DNA of 64,000 nt, taken from NCBI GenBank assembly GCA_951406725.2, contig OX597838.1:15314001-15378000 (forward strand), in the 5' to 3' direction. The notes below the pieces were generated by a model. The model was not told where the DNA came from. It ran no database searches and saw nothing but the letters and a program-made list of their open reading frames with translations. This document shows, piece after piece, positions 53,129 to 64,000 of this stretch; the first letter of the stretch is position 1; each line of letters starts with the position of its first letter. Source of the stretch: Octopus vulgaris. Lineage: Eukaryota. Both the position numbers and the translations under genes were made by a program.

Positions 53129-53842
53129 GAAGATTCCCAGCCATTTTTTTTACCTACAGACCCTTTTGATTGCTATTTTCTTCTGGTGGAACCCCATAGC
53201 AATTCGATGTTTAAAAACTAGTTTTATAGATACTTACAAAATTCCTATTTTGCTGTTTATCCATTAACTTGTGTAGGTTGAACTATGTAAAACGTTAGAT
53301 AGAGAAAGAAATCTTGCTCTTTCTTGCAATAAATACATCTAAAGCAAAATTTTTTCATGGATCCTTAGAATATTTCTGCAGGTACCCAATTTACTATTTT
53401 GTTTGTGTGGACCCCAAAAATGTTGTATGGATCCCCAGGTGTCATAAGGACTCCCAGGTATCATATTGATTGGCACTTTTTATTTTATTGACCTTGGGGA
53501 GATGAAAGGCAAGTCTGACCTTAGCAAGATTTGAACTCAATGGAAAGAGCTAAATTTTTAACAAATCCTATAACAAGCAAGGGAATTGTCATATGGCTGC
53601 ATGATTTGCTAAAAGTAACTTCCTCATCTTCCTCAAATGACAACATACTATTGTGAGAAAGGAAGGACATGTTATGTAATATGGTTATATATATGTTATC
53701 TGACTAAAAGACAGGATGGTCATGACTGGACCATGTTTTTTTTTATCTGCTGGAGGACTAACCTGGAACTAAATAGCAACAATCATTGAAGCAAAACATT
53801 TAGACATGATTAATGATTCTGCAGTTAACCTGTAGATAAAGT

Positions 53843-54507
53843 GCAGGCATGGCTGTGTGGTAAGAAGTTTGCTTCCCAACCACATGGTTCTGGGTTCAGT
53901 CCCACTGTGTAGCACCTTGGGTAAGTCTTCTCCTGTAGCATTGGGTTGACCAAAGCCTTGTGAATAGATTTGGTTGATGAAGCTGAAAGAAGCCTGTCGT
54001 ATACTCTTTTACTCTTTTACTTGTTTCAGTCATTTGACTGCGGCCATGCTGGAGCACCGCCTTTAGTCGAGCAACTCGACCCCGGGACTTATTCTTTTGT
54101 AAGCCCAGTACTTATTCTATCGGTCTCTTTTGCCGAACCGCTAAGTGACGGGGACGTAAACACACCAGCATCGGTTGTCAAGCAATGCTAGGGGGACAAA
54201 CACAGACACACAAACATACATATATACGACAGGCTTCTTTCAGTTTCCGTCTACCAAATCCACTCACAAGGCATTGGTCGGCCCGGGGCTATAGCAGAAG
54301 ACACTTGCCCAAGATGCCACGCAGTGGGATTGAACCCGGAACCATGTGGTTGATAAGCAAGCTACTTACCACACAGCCACTCCTGCGCCTATGTATATGT
54401 ATAAATATGTGTGTGTTTGTGTTTGTCTCCCACCATTGCTTGACAACTGGTGTTGGTGTGTTATGACCCTGTAACTTAATGGTTTGGCGAAAGAAGTGAT
54501 AGAATAT
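53843..54507. mobile_element. Family A SINE (+) with a younger family A copy (54004-54390, -) nested in its central TA tract
   Basis: The host head ends GAAGCCTGTCGTATA and the host body resumes at 54391. Confidence 0.85.
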
Positions 54508-54717
54508 TTACCAAACAATTCATACTACATTAGCTCAATCTACCTAGCGACCTGGAATTTGTAATGAGATCACCATGGAAGGTTATCTGCAATAAGCCTA
54601 TGTTCTATCCAGTGTGTGTATGTGTGTGGTGGGGGAGCATTTACCTCATCTGCTTAACACTTTGAAATTCACAGGGGGCTTGAGAAGCATCTGTTAATTA
54701 TAAACACTCGTTCTTAG

Positions 54718-54938
54718 CCCTTTAGCATTCAGTTTTCCTTGTCAAATGTATTGCTTATTTATTCACATTGATTTGAATTAGTCAGTCATGCATTACCTTG
54801 CAGCTTTGAGAGTTCAATGATGTGATTGTTTATTTTCAGAATAATATTGTAGAAGTGTGAAAGGCCAGATCTGGCCAGTTTGAACATAAAATAGGTAGAA
54901 TATCTTGGCCAAATGTGGCTGGTTTAAATGCTAAAGGG
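54718..54938. mobile_element. piggyBac-like MITE
   Basis: TTAG|CCCTTTAGCATT...AATGCTAAAGGG|TTAA. Copies at 62426-62636 and, partial and reversed, 49305-49503. Confidence 0.8.
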
Positions 54939-55354
54939 TTAAAGACCTTTACACATTTAGGGAGCAAAAGTTCTAGATTGCTTAATTACTGTCTCCACAT
55001 TTAGAGGTAGGTTGTCATAAGCTGAGATTGCCTCTTGGGGTATTTATTAGTTCTTCATTAGCTGTTCAGGTTAATTGGATAAAGATAAAAATGGTGTAAC
55101 TCCTACAAGTATTAAGTTCTTTTCATTTGGCAAATGAAGAGGAACGGCTCCCATTACTGGGTTGGGGAGATGTGAGGATAACTGAAGGGGTAAAGTCGAT
55201 GTGATTAATTTTCAGTTTCAACTGTCCGATGAACGGTCATCTATATAATTATATTGTTCTGTTAGTCATGACATGTCTTGTCATTGGAGTGTTATGCTTT
55301 ACACCATTTTAACTTGTGGAGTGAAACTGAAGACTCACTCAAAATCTTTAACAT

Positions 55355-55756
55355 ACTCTTTACTCTTTTACTTGTTTCCCTCATTTGACTGCGGCCATGC
55401 TGAAGCACCACCTTTATTCGAGCAGCTCGACCCCGGGACTTATTCTTTTGTAAGCCCAGTACTTATTCTGTCGGTCTCTTTTGCCGAACCGCTAAGTAAT
55501 GGGGACATAAACACACCAGCATTGGTTGTCAAGCAATGCTAGGGAAACAAACACAGACACACAAACACACACACGCACATATATACATATATACGACGGG
55601 CTTCTTTCAGTTTCCGTCTACCAAATCCACTCACAAGGCTTTGGTCGGCCCGAGGCTATAGTAGAAGACACTTGCCCAAGGTGCCACGCAGTGGGACTGA
55701 ACCCGGAACCATGTGGTTGGTTAGCAAGCTATTTACCACACAGCCACTCCTGCGCC
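55355..55756 (-). mobile_element. SINE family A (young)
   Basis: Nearly identical to 54004-54390. Confidence 0.88.
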
Positions 55757-55759
55757 ATA

Positions 55760-56770
55760 CTTAATATTTCTTCTGGCTCTTTTATGTTCTGAGTTCAAGT
55801 CTTGTTGAGGTCAACTTGGCCTTCCATCCTTTTAGGGTTAATAAGATAAAAGTATCTGTCAAATACTGGGGGACAATGTAATTGACAACCTTCTCCCCCT
55901 AAAATTACTGGCTTTGTGTCAAAATTTAAAGCAATTATCAATATCATTATTATTATTATGGTGGTGAGCTAGCAAAATCGTTAGCATCCTGTGTGAAATG
56001 CTTTGTGGTATTCCATCTGCTGCTACATTCTGAGTTCAAATCCCACCGAGGTTGACTTTGCCTTTCATCCTTTCAGGGTTGATAAATTAAGTACCAGTCA
56101 AACTGGTAGAATTGTTAGCATGCCAGGCAAAATGGTAGCATTTCGGCCATCTTCATGCTCTGAGCTCAAATTTCACTGAAGTTGACTTTGTCTTTTATCC
56201 TTTCGAGGTCGATAAAATAGGTACCAGTTGAGTGCTGGGGGGTGTCAATGTAGTTACTTACTTCCTCCCACAAAACTGCTGGCCTTGTGCCAAAATTTGA
56301 AATCATTATTATTGTGATTATTATTATTATTATTATTATTATTAAGGTCATACACTGGCAGAATCATTAGCATACCGGGCAAAATGCTTAGCGGTATTTT
56401 GCTGATCCCTTATGTACTGAGTTCAAATTCAGCCAAGGTCGACTTTGCCTTTCGTCCGTTCAGGGTCGATAAATTAAGTACTGGTTGAGTACTGGGGTTG
56501 ATGTAATTGCCTTAACCCTTCCCCCCCAAATTCTAAGCCTTAAGCCTATAGTAGAAAGAATTATTATTATTATTAAGGTGGTGAGCTGGTAGAACTGTTA
56601 GTATGCCAGGCAAACTGCTGTCATTTCGTCTGCTTTTAATTTTGAACTTTTCATATTTTGCCAAAATTGACTTTGCTTTTCATCTTTTGGTTGATAAAAT
56701 AATTTCCATTTCAGTGCTAGTCCCCTCCCACCAAATTACAGACCTTGTGTCTTTAGGTGAAAGGATTATT
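55760..56770 (+). mobile_element. Head-to-tail array of five family D SINEs, mostly separated by (ATT)n
   Basis: Copies begin near 55760, 55960, 56103, 56345 and 56575. Confidence 0.8.
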
Positions 56771-56777
56771 ATTATTA

Positions 56778-57142
56778 TTACCTCCGCCTTAGTGAAGGCA
56801 GAGGTATTGTTTTCAATCGTGTATGCTTGTTTGTCCGTGGACAAGATATCTCAAGAACTGCTGGATGGATTTGGATGAAACTTTCAGGGATGTTTGGCCT
56901 CATAACTGGCATGGACTGATTAGATTTTGGGATGAATCCGGTACTGTACAAGGATTCTGGATTATTTTTCCATTTTTTTTACTTAATTATTGAGAGTGGT
57001 AGGATTCATTTTTAGTATTCTTATTTGTGAGAGCAGTTGAGTTTATTTCAGATATTCTCATTTTAAAAATCATCTCCAGCTGATCGTTGAGAGGATATTG
57101 GTGTTCCTTGGCAGAGGTTTGCGCTCTCCGAGTGCTCTTGTT
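56778..57142 (+). mobile_element. Helentron-associated (HINE/DINE-like) non-autonomous element
   Basis: 5' ACCTCCGCC..GGCAGAGGT stem, 3' subterminal GGCAGAGGT plus GCGCTCTCCGAGTGC hairpin, T-rich flanks. Confidence 0.65.
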
Positions 57143-57602
57143 ATTATTAACATTATTACTGTTAATATCATTACTGTTATTGCTGTTTCAGACGATAAAT
57201 ATGGGCGGATTGCCAAATTGTGAAAAAAGAAAAAAGAAAAATCCTTCCTCCCCTCCATGTATACAAGCAAACAATAAAAAATATTTAGCTCATAACATGG
57301 AGTTGAACCTGTTTTGCTTGCTTGTCAAACAAGTTAGCCACCTTTTTATAGGGTACGCTTGCATTGACATCTCTCTCTGTCTCTCTCTCTCTTTGGATTT
57401 TTAGTCACTCTTCCAGAATGCTTTATAAGAAAGAAAAACAAACTGAATGTGTTCCATTTCTATAGAACCAAATAATGGCATGGTTACAACCTTTAGTCAA
57501 TAAAAACTATATGGGCAGTAAAAAAAAAATAATAATAATAATTGACAGTAAAGAAACAAATTAGCTTTTGCTGTTTACTTTTTGTCAGTTAAATTTTATG
57601 TA

Positions 57603-57821
57603 CAAGTGAGTGCTGAAAAGTTCCTGGGTTTCGGTAAAAGAAAACACAGGAGGATCAGTTAATTATGATTTTATTCAACATATTCCCCTCTCAGATCCAC
57701 AGACATATTGCTATGGCCCTTCAGTTTTTTTAAGCCCTATAAAAGAATGTGAAAAATTGGACCTCCAACCAGGCCTGTAATGATACCCTTAAAACCGGGA
57801 ACTTTCCGGCACCCACTCTTG
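57603..57821. mobile_element. mariner-like MITE
   Basis: TA|CAAGTGAGTGCTGAAAAGTTCCTGG and CCGGGAACTTTCCGGCACCCACTCTTG form imperfect TIRs. Confidence 0.7.
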
Positions 57822-58649
57822 AATAAAACAACTGTTTTACTAGAAATTGCCATCATGAAGGGTCGTTCGTTATGTTACTTGTCTTGTTTTTCCATTTGTT
57901 TCTTTCGTTGTTGCAAAAAAAAAAAAAACGTTCATATTCCATGTATTCGTATTTCGTATCTAATGTTTTCATTTTTTTATGGTCTTTACGTTCTGTGATG
58001 TCCTCTGCGCACATTTGCATATGTATATATGTATAGATATAAATATGTAAACATAGGTGTGTGTGTGTGTATATATGTATGTAAGGAGCTGAACCCTAAT
58101 TATAATTATGTGGATAATTTTACCTGTAAAGGTTATTTTAACGTACCGATCTACTTGGTAAAATTGTTAATTAATTAATTAATTGATTGATTAATTTGAT
58201 TAATAAATTTTACCCTTCTATTATATGTATGTATGTATATATATGTATATATATGTGGGTGGAAGCTTTTCAGGGCAAAATGGACAGTATTGGGTTTGAA
58301 GTGAAACAATTATAGGCAAATTCTCAATTTTACAACCTGAAGGCAGAAGTATAGTCATCACTAAAGTGATTAAGGGCCCTAATCAGTACCAGTGCTTTTT
58401 GTGGCTATTGATTTCTTTTGGCTCTCGTTTCTAACAATACTGATTAGTACCCTTAGTCACTTTAGTGATGTCTATACACACACACACATGTATGTGTGTC
58501 TTTTAATATTTTGCTTATGCATTGTGATACTAATAGCTTGGTGTAGAACTCAATGTATGTATGCTTCTGAATGAAGAGTTAGCCAAGTACAGAGTGGTAA
58601 TGAGAAAAGAGATGATAAAGGAATAGACAATTATCTTATGAACTTCATT

Positions 58650-58734
58650 AGCTTACAGCTGTTTCCACCATAAGACATGGTGCGCTCATAATTGAGTGCC
58701 TGAGTAACTAACACCTTACAGTTTCATCAGAGCC
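58650..58734 (-). ncRNA. Candidate minimal type-I hammerhead ribozyme
   Basis: Minus strand GGCT-CTGATGA-stem II-GAAAC-AGCT-GTA-AGCT. Stem I is 4 bp. Confidence 0.55.
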
Positions 58735-58765
58735 TCAAAAAAAAAAATGTGCACTTCATATTTGA

Positions 58766-58846
58766 GGGTCTGATGAAACTTTAAGGTGTTACTCAGGCAC
58801 TCACTTATGAGTCTACCATATCTTATAGTTGAAACAGCTGTAAGCT
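58766..58846 (+). ncRNA. Candidate minimal type-I hammerhead ribozyme
   Basis: CTGATGA 58770-58776, stem II AACTTTAAGGT/ATCTTATAGTT (10 of 11 pairs), GAAAC 58831-58835, palindromic AGCT, GTA 58840-58842. Confidence 0.55.
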
Positions 58847-58890
58847 AATGAAAATCACTCGATAATCTTTTATGCCTTTGTCATCTCTTT

Positions 58891-58936
<46 letters not shown>

Positions 58937-61900
58937 GACATTACACATCTCTGACAATATCATAGAATGTTCTAATGTGTCTTCTTTTGAAATGATAGGA
59001 TTTGATTTGACAGATTCGGTCACTTTTCTCTGGCAAGTATAGCTGCCCCTCATTATCTCTCTCTACTACTATGTCGGTCAGTTTCATTGAGATACCTGTC
59101 ACCTCTCGCCTGCATTACTTTTCTATCTTTTCATATTTCTACATATTCAGAAAACAGGTAAAAGAGAAATGATTAAAAAAATTGTCTGCATTTTTGTTTT
59201 GATTCTCTGTCATTACTCCACTGAGAGCGAGCGAGTCAAGGAGTCTGTCTGCGTGGCTCAGAGGTGGGGAATTAACTGACATTTTTTGCCAGGAATGTGG
59301 CACACGTGAATCCTGTGAACCTGTCTTTGGCAATGCGACAGTTAAACATAATGATGATAATTGCTGTTTGCAAATACTCTGTACTCCTCCGCAGCCACCT
59401 GCTTGTTCTACCCCTTTCCCCTACCCCAGTTAAGAAGCAGTTAATTGATTTGTACTAGACCGCCTGAGAATGTAAATACCCTCTCTTCACTTCTATAACC
59501 GCATTCCCTCTGTCCCAACACCATCCGTTTCTGTCCGCTTTGCTAAAATGACATGACTCAGTGACACACATTTTTCAGCTTTACACTTGGTTACCTAACC
59601 TACAACAGATCTTCTTTGGCATCCTCTTCCATTTCCATAAAGGGTAGTCCCACAATGGAAAAGATGCTGTGCACGCACCATTGGTTGGTTCACTTTCTCC
59701 ATCAGTTGACCAGCCAATCTCTATCTAGTGACAAGGTTTCCAGCTTTGTTAACAGTAATATTGCATCTGGTTAGATCTGCATTTATTTTAAAACATATGT
59801 CTTTTGCAAAGTTCCTCCAAATGAATTAGGCTCTGTCACTTTCCTTGTGATTGGTGGTATATTTGGTCTTCCCAAAGCTTGTCCAATTAAAATTCAATCT
59901 CTTTGAATGTAAAATGCAGTCATCTGAGAAAGTCTACGCTTGTGCGATTAGCCATTCAAGAGGTCTGTGAGGCAGTGTAAGTGCCTTTATGTGGTTGCTT
60001 AACCAGCTTGAAATAGCAACCAATTCTTAGGTAAATGATACTTTATACCGTCTTCGAAAAGGAACGACCTGTTTGATAGTGTAACCCTAGATATACTATG
60101 TATAAAGAGATCATCACAGCTACAATGCCTTCGATTATAGGTCTGCTTGATCAGTGCTATTCTAGATCTGAGCAACAGGGAGCTAACTACTGAAATATGG
60201 TGATTTTAAATAGATTGCCACTGATCCATCAAAGTCATCGGTAGAGTCCTTCTTCCTTCTTTTTCAAAATATTCCATTTCCTTCAGTCTGAAAATTCAAA
60301 GAAGTGCTCTTTCACTCTGAAGTTCCAGCTTTGGTTGTCAATTTTACCCACTTTGCATTAGTATAAGGTACATTATTAATAGTGATTTTTAATAGATTTA
60401 TGGATGTAGTTCACCCATCTCTATAGCTGCTCAATGCGAGGTAGGCTTAGCCTGCTATTGTGTTGAACATTAGACCTTACTGGAGATGTTATCTTATGGA
60501 AATTTCAACACCCTAATAGAGAATGAAGATTACTCAGGTACATAAACTGAGCTGTTGCGATGATTGTAGTGTTTAGACCTAGATCACATTTGTCCACTTC
60601 CAGTCAGGGAAAATATATGATAAATGATGTTCAAACAGTGACTAATCCATTTTACAGATATGTCAGAGTCACACTATCCTGGCTTACGCATGGTAGTGTG
60701 TGATTTGAAGGATATCTAGCTACTGTTTCTATTTGTTATGGTTGCATGGGTTTTTTTGTTTTTTTTGCTTCTGCTATCAGAAATGTCACCACCATGTAAT
60801 AGTGCAAGTTTTACCTGTCACTTCCTTTCAGCTGTGTGCATGTGTGTTTGCTTCATGTTGTTATCTCTTTTCGCTCACATTTCTCTGGTTCATCTAATCT
60901 AATTTAATCTAATATTGGTTGGCAGACTGCTGTTATGGTGTTGGCATAAATTGTTGAGGAACTAGTGTTTCTACCATGGAAACCTGCTGCTGGTAATGTT
61001 CGTAGTAGTAGTAGTATTAGTGGTAGTAACAAAAGTAGTAGTAGTAGCAGCAGCAGCAACAGCAGCAAATAGTTGATTCATAGACAAGTAATCTCAACCA
61101 GTCTTGTGGTGTGGCATCAACATTTCCTGATATCAGATACTATTAACAAATTTCTTATTCTTTTATTTATACTAAGACATTTTATTCCTTTAGACTTAGA
61201 TATTTACTTCTACTTTATCTTGAAACTTACTTATTTTCTTCTGTTTTCATCGTTCAAACTCAGTAATTTTGATTCCTTCAATTTTGGCCATCTTGATTCC
61301 TTCAGTCTGGGTAATTTTCATTTCTTGAAACACATTTATTTTCCTCCTTCAAACTTAGCTATTTTCTCCTAATTCTTGTTTTCAACTGAATAATCTATTT
61401 AGAATTATTTATAGATAAAAAAACAAAACAAATTGAAATGAACAAAATAAATAGGTTTTATACCAGGCAGCTTAAAGAGGTGATGGTTTTATGTTATTCT
61501 TTATAGAAATATTTTATATTTTGATACTTACTGCAGGTTTGATGGTTATAATACTCTATTAATGAATAAATACATTTTCAATTATCCACAAGTCAATAGA
61601 ATTAGTCAATAGAGTAGGACCAGTGATCCTCAATAAACTCTGCACAGTCTTTGAAATGATGTCTAAGATACCATATGCTGTCGGTTTATAGTACAACTGT
61701 TGTCTTACATTATTGCTTCTTAAGCTGGGCAGTGGTGCCCTCTTGAAAAATTTGTTGAGTTTATAAAGAGGCATTAAATGACATGATACACTATGTACAG
61801 CACGTTCATAAAGTCATTTGACAAATGGAAAAATTTATTAAAATTGCAATGGAAACTGAATAACATAAACATTAATAAAACTATTAATATCATTCAAAAA

Positions 61901-62425
61901 CACTTTAATTATAATATATTAGTATTCAAGAAAAATTTAGTTGTCACCTCTTCTAAGATTTTGTAATGATTTTCTGGACACTCTGTATGATTTTTCTTAG
62001 AAATAAAATTTTTAACCCAGATACAATACTTACATTTTAAACATATTAAGAGAAAAAAAAAATCTTTTTCAAGATGAAAGTATGAACAGTACTTTTACCA
62101 GTGAGCTGTGTCAAGGTTTATTACAGTCTTTTTATACAAGTATTCACATTCTTTAGTAAATATTTAACACAGAAGGCAGTAGACCATGCAAATATCTAAA
62201 ATAAAAAAAAGTGGAACAGACTGGATCGGATATTATATTAATATATGAACAATAAACTGCTGGATCCTTTTGATTGAAATAATGTTTTATTTTCTTCAAA
62301 ACATAACAAGGGAGTATTTATAAAATGTTTCATTTATGTATTAGTTTTGCAAGATTTCTGATGTGAAGTCATGTGTTGAAACAGAAATTGTTTTATTTGG
62401 GGATGGTCATGTTTTTACAAGTTAA

Positions 62426-62636
62426 CTCTTTAGTATTCATATATCTGTCAAATGTAATGTTTGTTTATTTATATTGTTTTGAATTCATTATGCACTATCT
62501 TGTAGTTGAAAGACTTCGATAGGATTGTTTAGTTTTAGAATGACATAGGGATGACATGAAAGGCCGAATCTGGCCAGTTTCAACATAAACAAATTGAATA
62601 TTTTGGCCAGATAAGGCCAGTTTGAATGCTAAAGGG
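62426..62636. mobile_element. piggyBac-like MITE with intact TTAA TSD
   Basis: TTAA at 62422-62425 and 62637-62640. The body matches 54718-54938. Confidence 0.8.
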
Positions 62637-63127
62637 TTAAACACGTGCACTATATACTTGGTCTTCATTTCAGCTTTAGTATTTTTAGTTTAAATTATAA
62701 TAATAAAGCTGAAGTGAAAACCAAGTATTGGCAAAAATCTTTTTCAAGATGAAAGTAGGAATAGGAGTTATTTATAAAATGCTATTCCATGAAAGTGGGT
62801 ATTGAGCCATAAAAGATTAAGAACCATTGTTTTACACGAACTGTCTGTATATGAATAATATGACATATTATGAGGACACTTGATGAGTCAGTGGCGGAAG
62901 CGAGTGATCAATGAAAGTGTGACTGGAGAGAACAGCATTAATGGATGAAGAGTGGATAACCAGTGAAATGGTTCTGTGTGGTAAGAAGAATAAGTGGTAT
63001 CAAGGAAGAGCTGTGGTTAGGGAGGTGACAGGGGTATTTTGATGAGGAAACAAATTGGATGAATGCTCCAGTTGTGTATATTTATATGTACAGTCAAAAC
63101 TAGTTTCACTGAGGCAGGCAGGTCTTG

Positions 63128-63158
<31 letters not shown>

Positions 63159-63191
63159 ATATATATATATATATATATAAAGTGTGTGTGT

Positions 63192-63490
63192 GGAGGCGCA
63201 ATGGCCCAGTGGTTAGGGCAGCGGACTTGCATTTGTAGGATCGCGGTTTCAATTCCCAGACCGGGTGTTGTGAGTGTTTATTGAGCGAAAACACCTAAAG
63301 CTCCACAAGGCTCCAGCAGGGGGTGGTGGCGATCCCTACTGTACTCTTTCGCCACAACTTTCTCTCACTCTTTCTTCTGTTGGCCTGCTCGCTTAGCCAG
63401 TGGGGTGGCATCATATGGAGGCTAAAACAATGTGAAGCGCATTGTGACCAGCGATGTGTAGCAACATCTGATAGCCTGGTCAGTCACGGT
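63192..63490 (+). mobile_element. SINE family B, alternative tail
   Basis: Matches 17373-17680. Confidence 0.85.
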
Positions 63491-63600
63491 GGTTATATGT
63501 ATATGTGTGTGTGTGTTTGTGTATTAGTATGTTACTGTTAGAACAAGAGAATAAAAACTATATAAAAGAACTCAACAGCAGCTTAAATAGAGTAAAGGAA

Positions 63601-63753
63601 ATTTATTGACTTCTATGTTTTTACATGTGTAGGTGTGTTTCAGTCCTTAGAGAGATTCTTAAAACACTTCTGTAAAGGTCAAACTTTTAACTAGTACTTT
63701 GAGAATCTCCCTAAAGAGTGAAACACAATGTGTCAACACAGAAGTCAATAAAT
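63601..63753. repeat. Fold-back palindrome with a decayed hammerhead motif
   Basis: ATTTATTGACTTCT/AGAAGTCAATAAAT and GTGTTTCAGTCCTTAGAGAGATTCTTAAA/TTTGAGAATCTCCCTAAAGAGTGAAACAC. Confidence 0.8.
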
Positions 63754-64000
63754 TCATATGCATATAAGTGTATGTGAAATATCAGTTCCATAGCATAGTT
63801 TTAGTAAAACAAAGTAACTAAAGATAATATATATTTTTTATATTCTTACTGTTTTGTCATTTGGCTGTGGTCATGCTGCATTTTCTCCTGTTTTATTGGT
63901 TATATCAATCTCCATCTTATTTCAGTTTGGCACCACTTTATTGATGTCTGTCAAACTTCAAAGGAGCACAATTCATTGAAGCAAATTTCATCAGTACACA

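Larger units (their letters stand above)
58603..58893. repeat. ~290-bp fold-back element with ~135-bp arms, each carrying a hammerhead motif
   Basis: 58603-58739 is the reverse complement of 58761-58893 with scattered mismatches. It abuts (TA)n. Confidence 0.9.

Noticed and set aside
61190-61380. Coding-like purine-rich minus-strand stretch with ~24-bp degenerate repeats
   Set aside because: Stops in the frames I read and no recognisable motif.

Overview
Animal genomic DNA, very likely an octopus: AT-rich, saturated with (TA)n/(CA)n/(ATT)n microsatellites and with several repeated SINE families of the kind I recall from Octopus. The only confident host gene is the first coding exon of a striatin-family gene (STRN/STRN3/Cka, + strand, 25111-25491, ending at a GTAAGT donor). 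I could not find exon 2, so the remaining ~38.5 kb is probably intron 1. The rest is repeats: at least five SINE-like families, LINE fragments (RTE, CR1, R4/Dong, L1/Tx1), and non-autonomous DNA elements (MULE-, hAT-, piggyBac-, mariner-, Helitron- and Helentron-like). The most unusual signal is a recurring set of minimal type-I hammerhead-ribozyme (HHR) motifs of the Penelope-associated kind. They occur as an inverted pair in a ~290-bp hairpin (58.6-58.9 kb), inside a tRNA-headed SINE (9.9-10.2 kb), and as a family with a non-canonical CUGU core next to (TA)n tracts. There are also many fold-back palindromes. All coordinates and family names come from reading by eye and from memory, not from searches. 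Repeat boundaries are approximate (about +/-10 bp), and family labels A-F are my own.
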